A stretch of DNA of 64,000 nucleotides, taken from contig NMRA01000064.1 in NCBI GenBank assembly GCA_002633005.1, forward strand, positions 62,001 through 126,000, in the 5' to 3' direction. The translations under genes were made by a program, and so were the position numbers. Positions 27,375 through 41,230 of this stretch are shown one piece after another (the stretch's first letter is position 1; each line of letters opens with the position of its first letter). The DNA comes from Phoronis australis. Lineage: Eukaryota; Animalia; Phoronida. Below the pieces are notes generated by a model. The model was not told the origin of the DNA. It saw only the letters and a list, made by a program, of their open reading frames with translations, and did no database searches.

Positions 27375-28164
27375 TCTGTGATCAGATAATAGGAATTTTA
27401 GTGGACTATATTTAAGGACTGAATTATTTTGAAAAGTCCTGTTGAAAATAGTGAAATGTAGTTTTCATTCAGTATTTGAGAGATTGAAAATACACATTCG
27501 CAAAAGATTGTTTTTTATTTATATGCCATACTTGTCTGGGTAAGAACACAGGGCATTGTAGTTAAATAGTATTAAGGGGGTTGTCGTTAAGCCAAGTATA
27601 AGTGTGTAGGCAACAGTCATAACATCGTAACCAAGCTGCCTGCAAAATGAAGCCTTCCTCTTGCAACTTGCTTGAATGTGGGCAACAATACAAGTTTCTA
27701 AAAGAGCTTTTGACTTTTTTCCGAAAGAGCATTTTGTATTCAAATATTTTTCCCTCAAGATGACAAGTCAACATTTCCTCATTGTGTTATGTCATGTAAG
27801 TGTTAGTAGTCTGGAGTGAATCCCGTTCTATAAAAATACTCCATGAATTAGTGTTGTAGTCACTTGTAAAATGATTGAAGTAATGCAGAAAATCGCTTGT
27901 CAAGAAGTGGCACCTTGCAGTTTTCCCACAGTAAATCATGTCATTTAACAGGCAAAATGGAAGACTCTTGTTCTTCAGTTCACAGAATAGTTTTGCTAAA
28001 CTCCAACATGGTTGGAATCTATTTTTGAAGTTCGTTCTTAAAGCTGTTATGAACCAAGATTCTGTTAAAGTATTTCATTTAGACGACTTGCTGTTAAATA
28101 GTTGGATTCAATTGTTGCTCAATTAGATTAGAAATGATTGCTGGGTTTGATTAGAGCTGCGGTT

Positions 28165-28548
28165 ACTTAGGTTGGCTTGGCCTAGTAGGTTATTCTGTAC
28201 GTCAACCTTGGGTAGGGCAAGTTTGTCCTAGTGTTATTCTATAGGTCAGTCTTGGGTCGAGTTGAAGCTGGTTGCATACTTAGTTAGTTTGTCGTAGTGG
28301 TTATTCTATAGATCAATCTTAGGTTGAGTTGAGGTTGGTTGCATAGGTTAGTTTGTCCTAGTGGGTTATTCTATAGATCAGTCTTGGGTTGAGTTGAGGT
28401 TTGTTGCATAGGTTAGTTTGTCCTTGTGGGTTATTCTATAGGTCAATCTTGGGTTATTAAAGTTGAGGTTGGTTGCAAAGTTTTATGTGGGTTATTCTGT
28501 AGATCAACTGTGGGTTTAGCTGAAGTTCCATAAGTTAGCTTGTCCTAC
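28165..28548. repeat. Degenerate ~57-62-bp tandem repeat downstream of DDX54
   Basis: Recurring GGTTATTCTATAGATCAATCTTGGGTTGAGTTGAGGTTGGTTGCATAGGTTAGTTTGTCCTAGT-like units. Confidence 0.8.
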
Positions 28549-29842
28549 AGCAAACTAAAAACTAGAAGCTGACTGGACCAGTCAAGCTGTCTGGAAAGAG
28601 GACAAAGACAACAAAAATCTGATCGCTGTAATGGTTTTATTTATTGACTTCTACAAAAGATATTACCAAATTGAATATTTTTGTTTTGATGACAAGAAGC
28701 ACAATCAATGGTATGTACAAAACTGTGAAATATCAAAATTGGACAAAAATAATTTCAAGCTGGCTGTTAAAGTTATAGTTGAGCATTTCAACATATAACC
28801 CGATTTAATTTTATTGAATACCACTACCTGAGAAGTCTATCAAATTCATCTTTCTGTTCCTTTGAGAGGCTATAGAACTGATCTCAACATGCTCCCAATG
28901 AGAAGTAGTGGTGTCTGGGTTTTGAACGAACTGCCAGTTCATTTAATCGCTTTAGACCATACTTGGGGCACAACATGACCTGCTGTGACAGACCAACTTA
29001 TAGAACCTCAGGTTTCAACTAAATAACCCAGTTCTTTCCAAACCCAGAGATCATCCCACGATTGAGATAGCAAAGGAAAAATTTGACATCAATGTTAAGC
29101 ACTCTGAATCTGAAATAAGAATTTTTGCTATAAAAGGCAGGTTGGTATTCGCTTCATAGGGACGTTATTGTTAAGTTTTGTGATAGCAGGCAGGTTGGTC
29201 GCCACTTTATAGGGACGTTATCGTTCAGTTTTGTGGCCGAAAAATGATTTTTTTTGGATTTGGATGGGATAAAATATTTGAAAATTTGCTTTGACCAGAG
29301 CTATAAAACAATATAATCCAGTATTGCTTTCATTTTAATACAACTTAACATTGTCTGCCAGAAATTTACTGAAATCAAAGCTGATGATTTTACCAGTAAA
29401 ACATATCACATATTGTCGTGATAACTCTTACTAAATGCCAACAACTTAATAATTATGTAGTTGGTATTTCCGTGAAATTGCATGACATCCGCTTATGGTT
29501 TGCCCAAGAATTCCAACTGACCCTAGTGGGCTTGCTGGCTACTTGGGATGGTTTGTCACAGTAAAATGGTGACACGTGTTTAAAATACTCTGCAGACCAT
29601 TTGACTGCCACCTCAAAGTACTAAAATATCTCTAGATTTTATGAAAAAATTCAATGCCAAGTTTGCTGAAAAGCATAGTTATATTTTTCAATACCAAAAT
29701 CCTGATAATGCCCCTATTGGCATCAACAAGTTACCCATAGAAAGGAATAATTCGTTACTCTAATCCGGAGTTAAGGAAGCCTTATCCAAACACCTTTTAC
29801 AAACACCATCAACAGGGATGTCTGGATTGAGTTGCCACACAT

Positions 29843-32800
29843 TTATAATCGGGTACTGACTGTACATGAACCAACATCCGGCAATGATTCGTCAGATGAC
29901 AAGTTGTCTTCAGCTGATGGGTAAGATGTGTAACCACTGTCCTTTCCAACCTGTTTATTACCCTGCCGCTTCTTATGGGTCCTTCTCTGCACCTCACCCT
30001 CCTCACCCTCAGGCTGCCGAATAACAGGGTTCGTCTCCGGATAACAATGTTTTTCAATATCTAGAAGAATGGAGTCTGGATTGGATTGAAAATGTGCCAT
30101 CAGTATCTTCGGGCCATCTACGGCGGGTGATTTGTCCAGTCTCTTCAGAGCCATTTCAAAGATATCCACCAGGTATCCATTGCCATATATACGTTCAGCC
30201 TCTTGATATTGATGAAGTTTTTCAAACTCATCAATCACTTCTTGTGCAACTTTCAGTTCCTTCTTCAGCAATTTTTCAAATGCTTTTTTTTGTTCGGGTT
30301 CATTCAGAATTCGGAGAATTTTGAATCGCAGTTCCATCCGCAGGAATGTTTTCTCAACCTGTAAAAATCACGCAGTGTATCATTGTAATGATTCAGAACT
30401 TGCCCATTCATAATGTGGAGTGGTACCAAATCATATTGAAAATTTAATGATTTCACAACTCCTGTCACTATTACATAACAATAGGTTACATAGGACACTA
30501 GAAACAATAATTTCCAAATTTGGCTTATTTCAGATCATATCTCAGAAGTGGCTGATCATAATATGCAACTTTCTGATTCTATGTTTTATACAATGAATGG
30601 CTACCAAAAATAGAAAATTTATGATTTTTATGGAAAACTCAAAAGCTGCATGAAAGAAAAACAAAATTTTCCATTGACTCATGCAATCAACACACTGACT
30701 CCAGTATAAAAGTTAGATCAGGCTTGAGCAGGCTTTCTCATTCTGCTCCACACAAATTGTTCATACTAGATTTATCATTTTACCAGAGTTTGATTTGTAC
30801 ATTGATGTAGTGTTGTTTGTGTAGTTATAACACTTCACCTTTAGGTTAGTGGTTGAGGTAGATGGAATCAAGACATCCACTTTGTTCCCTTGACGGTCTT
30901 GCAGAATGCATAAGCGGAGGTTTGTTTGGTGTGTCGCAAAGGTGACATCTATGCAACTGTATCCATGCACGATCACATCACCTACCCTGACGACTTCATC
31001 TTTCACCTGCAGGAGGAAGCAATGTTTAATTAAGTTTCATGGTAATTGTAATTGGCTGTACTTCGGGAGCAAGTTTTCCAATATCCAAAATTGATTAAGT
31101 ACACGACACTTGTCGTTATTAACAGTCTACTCCATTCTCTTCCTATCCTCGGAAAAAAGTTCGACACTCAACAGAACAGTGGGACACGGCAGGTGTGAAA
31201 TACAACAAAGAATGACAAATAAAGAGGGGAAACACAGGAAAGTCACGCAAATAAGTGTAACATGCAACGCAACCCTGTTTGCTCCTCATTCAAAACAGGC
31301 TTCTCAAAAGCAATTAAAAGGGACTCTAATGCTTTCAATCGCAGCACATCGTGCTCCACGTTGCGAATTGACGTGTTTTCCACAATTTCTTGATGGGTGA
31401 TTTTACATTCGTGACATTGCAGAAAATGATCTTGGATGGCGCCATTTTGAAGATGTACAGATATCCGACAGGGAAAGACTGCAAACCGTTTGACCAATAT
31501 AACGTTGTTTGACATTTGAACAAACACATTCGTTCATAGGGCATACAAACTCTTAAAAAACAATACACTGGGCAACGTGGCAGACTTTCACTTCAGAAAT
31601 GTTAGTTTTCATGACCAAGTTGGAGGACTTCCTATTCCGATAATAAATAGTAATAACCGAGGTAATCATCCGGCTTACAAAATTTAACATAACTTATGAT
31701 TATCCCTAATGATTTTCTTAATGGCGCGTTCGTCCTGGAAGTAATTATTGGACATAACACCTTTGTAAAATACCTTTTTGGTCACACCAGTTTGACGTGC
31801 AATTAAGTTTGGACATAAATCTACTAATTTGGAGGCCTACAAAAGCATTGGTGTACCCATTATTCATTGTAATTGTACAAAAGAGTTGGTTGAGCCTACA
31901 GGAGAACCGATTTTGTGTTATTTTTACTAAAATTACAAATTAACAGCCACTATATCTCAAAACATTTCAATCAATGACAGAAGTACCTTGGCTGCTCTTT
32001 GACACAGGTTTGGATGTGTGCAGTTAGTCTGATGCTAAATGTATATTAAATACAACAACAGCAACGTAGAGTATTGAAATGTGCCCACAACAGCACTGCA
32101 AATGGTGTGCTTCTACGGGCGTTTTTAATACCATAAAAATGGCCATTAGGAGGTGCAAAATGTGTCAAACCAGTCTGAATTGAGAAGTTAGTCCCGCCTC
32201 TTAATACACAACTATTTGCCAAATGTCGTGAAAATAAGCCAAGTAACTCCTAACATATAGAGGCATCTATTGCCATATCTACAGGAGACCATCAGCCAAT
32301 TTTTGTGAAGAGGCTCAAAGGCTTAAGGAGATACAGCCAAGCCATAGATGTAAAAAACCAAAATTATCCCTAGGGGATGCCAGAATAGTCGAAACTGTCC
32401 AAAAGTCAACATCAGTTGGGGTCTTTGAAGGGACACCACCGCCAATTTTCATAATGATACTTTGAGTGCTCTGGCAGACAGATAGACAGACATCAAAAAC
32501 ATAAATGCAAAAATTTTTTTAATTAAATGGCCACCAACATCATATCTGTCAGAAAATGAGAACGCGTTGATGGCTACTTTTATTAATAGAAACTGATTCG
32601 CCGAATTTCATGAAAGCACATTCAAGAAATCTGAAGATACAGAGGTAAACAATAAAAAATTGCCACTAGGGGGCACAGTGGTATTTGGATCAGTTCAACA
32701 CTTGTTACCGTTTGTTGACAGCTCCATAAGATTAATACATCTTTCAAATTTCACAAAGCGACCTTCAAAGGGTTTAGTAAATTCGGCCACAGAGGCAAAA

Positions 32801-35800
32801 AAATAAAATCGGCACACGTACCACACGTGCGCAGGCTTCTCAGGCAGGCCCATTGCACTGATCTCCTTGAACTATTTTCAAATATGCTTTATAAAACTGA
32901 GCTGAGGAACTAGAAACCAGACTCAAGGGTCTAGCAGTGTTCTCCAGACGGACTCAAACTCCTGACTGGGGCACACTAGCAAATGAGAGCATTACATACC
33001 ATTCTCCTGGAGTGTAAAAATCAACTTGAAGAAATTTCTACAATCACAATCTAATCTAGAATCACGCTCAATTAAACTTGTCAAGCAAGCCTTTTGCGTT
33101 GGCACACAATAGTGTAGTTAAGCTGGTCAGACCTTACAGACTCAATAGAATGATGAAAGTTAGGTCCAATTTCTCTGAAAGTCTACCGTTTTTCTCCATT
33201 TGAAGTTTTTTGGTGAAAGTATTTCATACAAAACACATCTGCTTCACAACATTACGTGAGCTTATCAGATGAAAGCAGACAATGAGAGAGCTGGATTATA
33301 TAAACATTGGCATGCCACTGTCAGACTTATAATGACATGGCTGTAACCGACAGGCCACTGGGTTACTCATTCCACAGCGCGGGTGCGTAACTGATAGTAG
33401 TTCCTAGGGAGTACCCCTACTGAAAAGGTATATGAGACGTGCCGATTAGAAAGGTGACTTTTCACGACCAGCTTTCCTATACTGTGCCTTATCAGACAAA
33501 ATTCCATAGGAAAAAGTGCTTTTCTGACACCATTTCCCACAAAAGGGTCCACTTTTAGTGTCCAAAACTCTACAAAAAACTCCTTTTCTGAAGATACAAA
33601 TCTACCAGTACTTAAAAATTGGTTGTTTTTTAAACGTGTGTCTGTTTAAACTTTTGTTGCACAAGACCCATCTCTTCTTGTATAAATATTGTTTCAGGCT
33701 TTATTGGTTAAAAGTACACTTGCGCACTGGAATCCAGGAATCAGATTGATTACATACTATAAATGGCTTTTACAGTGACAGACAGTCACTACTGGACTAG
33801 AAAGCAATGTGTGGATCAAGCCATTACGTAGGGTGTTCTCCCAATCAATGTGTGGACCAATCCCTTATGTAGGGTGTTCTCCCGTTCAATGTGTGGATTA
33901 AGCCATTACGTAGGGTGTTGTCCCATTCAATGTGTGCATCAAGCCATTACATAGGGTCTTCTCCCATTCAATATGTGGATCAAGCCATTACGTAGAGTGT
34001 TCTCCCGTTCAATGCGTTTATTAAGCCATTACGTAGGGTGTTCTCCCATTCAATGTGTGGATCAAGCCATTACGTAGGGTGTTCTCCCATTCAATGTGTG
34101 GATCAAGCCATTACGTAGGGTGTTCTCCCATTCAATGTGTGGATCAAGCCATTACGTAGGGTGTTCTCCCGATCAATGTGTGGATCAAGCCATTACGTAG
34201 GGTGTTCTCCCGATCAATGTGTGGATCAAGCCATTACGTAGGGTGTTCTCCCGTTTAATGTGTGGATTAAGCCATTACGTAGGGTGTTCTCCCGGTCAAT
34301 GTGTGGATTAAGCCATTACGTAGGGTGTTCTCCCATTCAATGTGTGGATCAAGCCATTACGTAGGGTGTTCTCCCGTTCAATGTGTGGATTAAGCCATTG
34401 CGTAGGGTGTTCTCCCACTCAATGACTTTATCAGACTTGTGCTACTTGCCAACATCCCATAATATCTGGCTCCTTTGTTAACTGCTGAATGCAGTCTTTT
34501 GTCTGGTATGACAACAGGAAGGCCAATTATCTACCACGCTTCATTGGCTGCATTAAGTGTATAAACAATGGGATTAGAAATCTTTAACATGGTTGGGTAC
34601 ACAAGAGATTGATATGAATCTACACAGACTGGAAGTCTGGACCAGACTTGATGCACTCATCCTGTGTCAGCTGTTATACTTACAATTTCTCCTTCAGACT
34701 TCATTTGTATTCTTACATCATGACGATGATCTTCATGCAAAGAAAATGGCCGAGGTAGAACTATTGCCTTGAAGCCATTCACGTTTGATAGTTGGACCTG
34801 AAACCATGTAAGCAGATTCCTAAATGATTGAGTAAAACCTAGGGAACAAAGTGTCCACGGCCCCGTCTTCTACAAAAATATGGTGTATTTAACTTATAAA
34901 CAGCTAGCTCTTCTTGTGGTTAAATTATGCCTTGTTCCAAGACAACTTGATTATGCCTGGTTCCAGTTGTTGTTAAATTATGCCTTGTTCCATGACAACT
35001 TGATCACTTCTGAGTTGACTGTGACTGATTGCCTAAGCCATATTCTACCAGGATGTCAGCTTAAATGGACTTAGTTATTGTACAGTTTAGTTGTTTATTG
35101 CAACTGGTCGACTCAAACTTACATAAGGCATCATGAACTTACCAGGGTTTTTAGGTCCTTTGCAATGCCGATTGTCAATAAAAGTGGGTCAGAGTTCAGG
35201 GAGCGTTCATACACTGCCACGTAAACTGTCTGATGATTTGAGGCATCTGGGACTGGTGTATGCATGGCCAATGGTTCATTTGAGGCAGATGGATTGAGTA
35301 ACGACAGATCCTGTGCTTGGACTGGTGTATGCCCAGCATCGCCAACAGCGGCAGCTTCTTCCAAGCCTCTGCCTTGATTTTGTTGTTCGCGAGCTCTGAT
35401 ACCCGTAAAGTGCCACAAGCCAATGATTATCACCGTCTCATTGACATAGTAAATGGCGTCTTGTTTATCAGCATGTTTCCATTCATCATTAGTCTGTTTG
35501 ATATCAACACAGACCTTTCCTTTGCTACTGTCATTTTCCCGTTGGTAGCAGACGTACACAGGTTGCTTGAAGTGAGTTCCTTCTGGCCCCATCACAATAA
35601 TGGGCATAACATGCTTTTTTGTGGGTGTATCCTGTGGTTGAATGATTCTCATTGTTAACTTGACAGACTGTGGACTGGTCAGTGCCCCTGGAGGAACATA
35701 CAGCAGCAAGTTTTGTTTAGGGTGGACAAAGAAGCCACCGGATTTGTCAAATGCTCCACTGACCTCGCAGCTAATTGTGCTAAGTGTAACATCCTGGATG

Positions 35801-35970
35801 GAGTCGATTGCTGTTTCCTTTCCGCGAGCAACTGTGCTGCTCTCATTGACGGAACCTTCATGCTTCATTGCATTATTATGAGTTTTGCTCATTGCTTTGA
35901 AAGTCTCCTTTTCACTATTGTGAAAATGGCTATGATTATAACAATTTCTTTCTTGTTGCTTTGCCAACAT
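29843..35970 (-). CDS. ZU5-domain protein with UPA-like and putative death-fold C-terminal regions (UNC5CL/PIDD-like architecture)
   Basis: Exons 35978-35143 (ATG 35970), 34797-34684, 31006-30839, 30358-29843, joined by phase-0 GT-AG introns with an open frame throughout. ZU5 signature GAFDKSGG..LLLYVPPGAL..PIIVMGPEGTHFKQPV..WHFT. It is followed by a beta-rich segment (VYVAVY..LLLTIGIAKD) and a helical last exon. A possible 5'UTR exon lies at 37962-37912. Confidence 0.8.
31243..31575 (-). mobile_element. Penelope-like retroelement relic (GIY-YIG endonuclease)
   Basis: Frameshifted translation VY..EFVCPMNECV....RYIGQT..L / RISVHLQNGAIQDHF...RLKALESLLI..KPVLN..Q, typical of the Penelope GIY-YIG C-terminus. 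Confidence 0.75.
33805..34424. repeat. 41-bp minisatellite, about 15 copies
   Basis: Unit CAATGTGTGGATCAAGCCATTACGTAGGGTGTTCTCCCATT, head-to-tail, with no spacers. Confidence 0.95.
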
Positions 35971-36495
35971 TCTGCCGCCTGTAACAAAACAGAAGAATTA
36001 TAATGCTTTGAATTCAATGGTAAAATAACTAAGCCTGCAGTGAAATACCTAGTAGTTAATTTTGGTGATGTAGCTTTCCAATTATACAATTCCCAAAACT
36101 TAAAATTGTATTTCCTCGGTATTGTAAGCCACATTTCGTCCTGTGTAGTTGGCAGTTTTTATGATAATAATAAACACCCCTAGAAGCATACCGTTTGCGG
36201 TGCAGTCGTGAGTGCATTTTAAGGCGACGAATTGCTGTTGTATGTAAATGAAGAAGTGTATACACCAAGGACCACTTTGAAATTGGTATGTGACTCCTAG
36301 CAGGAAAACATTTGCCAGGCAAGGACAATTGGCAAATCAACAATTCTTAATGAAATTTCAGAATTATTGCTAAACAGAGAATGAATCAACTCATTCCATT
36401 AAAGTAATCCTTCAACAGAATGTGATAACTTTTGTTGTTCTAGGACATTTATTAATGGTATAACTGTGGCTTGAAAATGTTGATTTTAATGCACA

Positions 36496-36569
36496 ACTAT
36501 CGGAAGTTTCCACACGCACACTATCGGAAGTTTCCACACGCACACTATCGGAAGTTTCCACACGCACAC
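36496..36569. repeat. 24-bp tandem repeat, 3 copies
   Basis: ACTATCGGAAGTTTCCACACGCAC x3. Confidence 0.9.
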
Positions 36570-39500
36570 CCAGATATACCGTTGACACATAGATAGTGTT
36601 GAGGTCAAATACATATAGGTCACGTGTATGCGCTTCACCAGATGAGTTACTATAATGAATCATTTAAAGTCTGTTTCTGAGCATCATGCAGTGCGGGTAA
36701 CTGCGCTAGATTCCAAGCTGTAAACATCCCCTTAAAATTAGGTAAGGATTCTACAATGACAGGGGGCGCACCCAGTGGTGTATCAAGTCCGTGAGATACG
36801 GACAAAACGGCTGCACACTTTCTACATCAATGTACGGTTTCTTTGGTTCCAAAAGGGATCTTTACTCAATATTTTTATCATTTGAATGGAACCCAGTAAA
36901 TAGTCTCATGGGAATAATTGGTGTTCATGTGTTCCACTTCTGTATGATTGAGTGCTTTAAAAATAGGAAAATAATGATTTTTACAAAAAAATAAAAAGTT
37001 GCATAAAACGAAAATGAAGTGTTAGCATTTTTGAGATTTCATCTTGAACATTTATACCAAATGATATATCAAGCGTAAATTGATGAGACATTTGGTTGTT
37101 TTAATATCGATATTTCTTTCATCTTTGCTAAATTTTGCTAAAGACATGATCATGTGACCCACACAACAGCAGACTGGAAAAATCAAATTGGGAATTGGTT
37201 TTAGTATTAACACTGTCAATTCTAGTTGTCGGCAGTGACATCATTGTCAGCTCATTGGTGATGTACGGGTGACACTGACATCATTGTCAGCTCACTGGTG
37301 ATGTCTGGGTGACAATATCATCATCTACAATGTCCTTGCCATTGTTGTCAGCTATGCCGTATCAATGGCGTCTATGGTGACACATCAGTGACATCAGTGA
37401 TATTATGGTCTTCAAGCTCATCTTCTGTATCATCAAGGATGTCATGAGCAGCATATTTGGTATAATTTTCATTGTCCTTGTCACTCTTTGCTTAATTTTG
37501 CCACTGTCTTTCCTATGTGTAGTGCTTAATTCAGTTATTTTTATTGCTGATAAAATCATAGAGCTTAGGCAAAGTGAAACTCACTTTTTTGTCATAATTG
37601 TCATGTTCCCATTGACACCGCCACTCCAAAAGCCATGGCAACTCCTCTCAAAATAGGTGGATTAAAAACTACAGAGTTATGCAACTAATGGGAAAGGTTA
37701 ACTCCAAGTGGAATAATCACATGCAACACAGGTGTTCAATCCAGAGTGCGACTCAACTACGCCATCTGGTGCTAATACCTAGAAGCAACAGGTGATGCTG
37801 GATTAGTGGGCAAGGTAAAGGGATGGCTAGGATAGAGCTGTGATAGAGCGAGGTGTAACTGATGAAAGTAACACAATATTTTGTTAAACCCGTCTCTACC
37901 AACCAACTTACTTCAACTTGTGATGTACACCTTGACTTGACTCTGTTCTCAACACCAGGCTTCTGAAAATATGAAAATACATTAATTCTTTTATTAGTGC
38001 TTGGAATTTCCCAAGCTTTCACTTTTGATGATTTCAACACAAACTATGGAGAATGGTCGACTTCTAATTGTAATTCCTCACCTGTTTAGCAGTGCATAAT
38101 TCAGCAATTATGTTTACGAGAAACAGTTGAGCAATTAAGGTGCCCTGCTCAATGAAACAAAGTCTTCAAATCTGTAATGTGACGCATTAATGTAATGCTT
38201 TTTTCATTTCACTATTGAAACTCTGTTATACTTTTTGTTGTCGAAGTTATTATACACCTGTCAAAAGATTTAATATACTTCCTGGTTCAAAAGGAGGTAA
38301 TAACCCTTCTGAATAAAAGAACTCAATGCAGTTAAGACCTGCTGGATAAAAAGAACAGATATCAATACAACCAGGAAATAATATATGGTCAAATCTCATC
38401 AATTTTGAACACAAATTACCTGTACCAAATTGAACCTTTTCCAATCTTAAGGAATTTTAACACTCTTATTGCGAATGAGCACAATAAGTGAACTATTGTC
38501 CGATTGTAGCTATGACACAGAAAGGTGGAGCATTTATTTGATGCTACATACTTTTATGACAAGAATGTGATTTTGACACTTTTTAAAGTTACGTCATGAA
38601 CACAACAAATACCATTAGTGCCCAGAAATCGATAAATAACAAAATAAATTGTCTTTGATACTCTTCATTTTTTATCATCTTTATTTTTTTTTCTCTCACA
38701 CTTTTAAAACAGCGGGGACACCCCAAAGGGCACGTGTGTGTAGACAAATAATACACAGTAGTTTGATGAAAACAAAACAACATGGATGAATAAGAAAAAA
38801 CCATAACTAATCTGTTCAGACAATCTCTTTAATCTTTAGGTGGTAGACACTGATGTTTAAAGGTGTTTAATCTAGTAGCAGACCAAGAGACAATATTCTT
38901 ATAGAAAGCAGAAACATACAGTCTAATGTTAACATGATTCAACTCAAATTGTTCATTTAAAAAAAAAAATTATCATGCACGTATGATGTGCATCACAGAT
39001 TTTGGGTTAACAGGAGTTTTGTTGATTCAAGGTGTTTGCTTAAAGCTATGTCAGTTTCAGGAAATTTTAACCTCTGAGTGTTTGAGGAAATTTCCACCTT
39101 AGTTAACATGGTTCAAGGAAATACATAACACAATTGTCTGTTGACCTGTTAACAATACATGGTTTTCATTACTGCTATAAAGTGTCATCATTCAAAGCCG
39201 TTCTCACAGATTTTGATGCGGAAGATTTTTGATTTTTTCATAGTGTGTTGACTTGCCAAATTTCATCAGATCGTACTTAAGCAATTCTGTTGCTTTATAT
39301 GACATATGCAATCAAACGTAAAAACAGTTGTACAGTTTTCATTTATGAAAGTATTCCATGCCAAGTACTTTAATGCACAAACTAAATCTTCAACAGCATC
39401 ATTTGCTTTGGACCTTCTGGACTTCAAATGGGCGTTTCATTGCTATTTAGCTGTCAATAACAAATTCTTATTGTAAGTGAAATACTTTGGTGTTTAAAAA

Positions 39501-39849
39501 CATTACTGCACTTATTGGATTTTGAATTATTGCCAGTTGAGTCAGCAACTTACTTAAGTCACAAGCAATGAGTACATTGCACTATTTTGGAATTCACAAT
39601 TTTAAGGTTGACCAGCCCCAATGAAGTCTGAATTATTTTCTTTGGTAATGATTCCATTTTTGTTTTTTAGCCAGCTAAACACAGAGAAATGCAGCATTAA
39701 GAAATATGTCATGTTATGTGTTTTACATGCCATTAAAATTGGGTACTAATTAAATCTGGCGCAAAAGCTGGTAAGACATTTTTGGCTTGGAGGGGGTAAC
39801 TAGTCCTCCTAGTGGGACGGTTGTAAATCATTAGTGTCCTTCGAGTCAT

Positions 39850-41230
39850 ACGTTTATTTGTATTAAAGGCCTCTGGCCCAAAGTATAATAACCAAAAATT
39901 AAACAAGCACATTTAATTAGCACATGCAGTCAACCCATCAAGAGTTGTTCTCTTCTTTTAAGGGCAGAACAGGTATTTAATGATCGATATATCTGGTTTA
40001 GCTAGGTGTATACAGGATTCTTTTTCCATTAAAACGTGACCCAAGTTCATAATATCCCTTGCAAATCAACAGGAAGTGGTATTCATCCTCTGCAAGACCA
40101 TCATTGCAAATCAAACATAATCTATAATTATATTTCACTTTCTCGTGTCTACCCACTTCACAGTCTATGGTTGGAGCAACGTAACCGAGTAAATGCTTGA
40201 ATACGACTATTATGTAGCGGTAACTTAAGATATGGTTCGAAACAGTATAAAGTCTTTAAAGTTACAGTTGTAGTATTTAAGTTTTGCATTATGCTCAATT
40301 TCTGATCATCAACCTTGCGCATAGCAGTCATTAACTCTTTGCGCGAAGATACTTAAAACACGAATTCGCACGTGACACCTTGATTCAACCAAATTTCATA
40401 AAAACTGTATTTTGATAGCAATTGTCTAACAGAAGATACCCAAATATTTCTCCTATTCCAATCTAAATCAGCTAACATGTCATAAGTCGCTTTAGCGTAT
40501 CTAGTAGGTGGCATTTTCAAAAACTTTGCCCAATATTTTACACGTGTGACATAGTACTTTGCATTCCACATTCACCCAATACAGCTGCGTTTGAGCAAGA
40601 GTTTCCAACTCCAAGAGCAATTTTACAGAATTTAACATATACATTTTCAACCCATTCAATCATATTCTTTGAATCCCCAGATTTCCACACCGTAGCACAT
40701 AGTTGGCACAACAATTTTATCAAACAGTTCAAGTGATATGGTCAATGGTAATTCCGTGCATCAGTTTCTAATTTTAGAGATAGACCTAGCAGCTTTACTA
40801 CCTTGACGTGCTAGAGTTTAAGTCGCTTTGGACTAAACTAATCTTGGTGTAAAAATATTCTAAGATATTTATTTTGGAAGACAACCTCCACTTATTGATT
40901 TCCGTAATACCACTTCTCATAGTTACGCACTGAGTGCCCCGCCATTTCTAAAAACAATTTTTCAGATTTACACTCATGCCCCAAGAAGAGCAATAATCAT
41001 AAAGACAGCTTAACATTCTTTGCAAATTAATTTGAGTGCTCAAACACAGCACCAGGTCATCAGCATACAACAGCAATTTGACTTACGGTACATCTTCATT
41101 GATATAAATCCCTGTAATGACATGGGCATCAGCTAGGACTTCCGAATCGATAAATTCATTCAGACACATGATAAAAAGTTGTGGGCTGATCATACACTTG
41201 TCTGGTGACCTTCCCACACAATAGAACTAT
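39850..41230 (-). mobile_element. Degenerate CR1/L2-group LINE (RT and C-terminal region)
   Basis: Minus-strand fragments ISPQLF, LLYADDLV (~41050-41075), KFCKIALGV..SNAAVLGECG, VKYWAK, and C..C.DGLAEDEYHFLLIC; many stops and frameshifts. Boundaries are approximate. Confidence 0.8.

Noticed and set aside
29105-29735. Possible 3'UTR intron of the ZU5 gene (NMD trigger)
   Set aside because: Splice-like sites exist but cannot be distinguished from chance without transcripts.
33000-33037. Candidate 38-nt extra exon of the ZU5 gene
   Set aside because: It would break the frame; the flanking exons already join in phase 0.
33805-34424. 41-bp array resembling a CRISPR locus
   Set aside because: Units are head-to-tail with no unique spacers, there are no cas genes, and the context is a eukaryotic intron. 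The same applies to 50695-51530 and 58960-59321.
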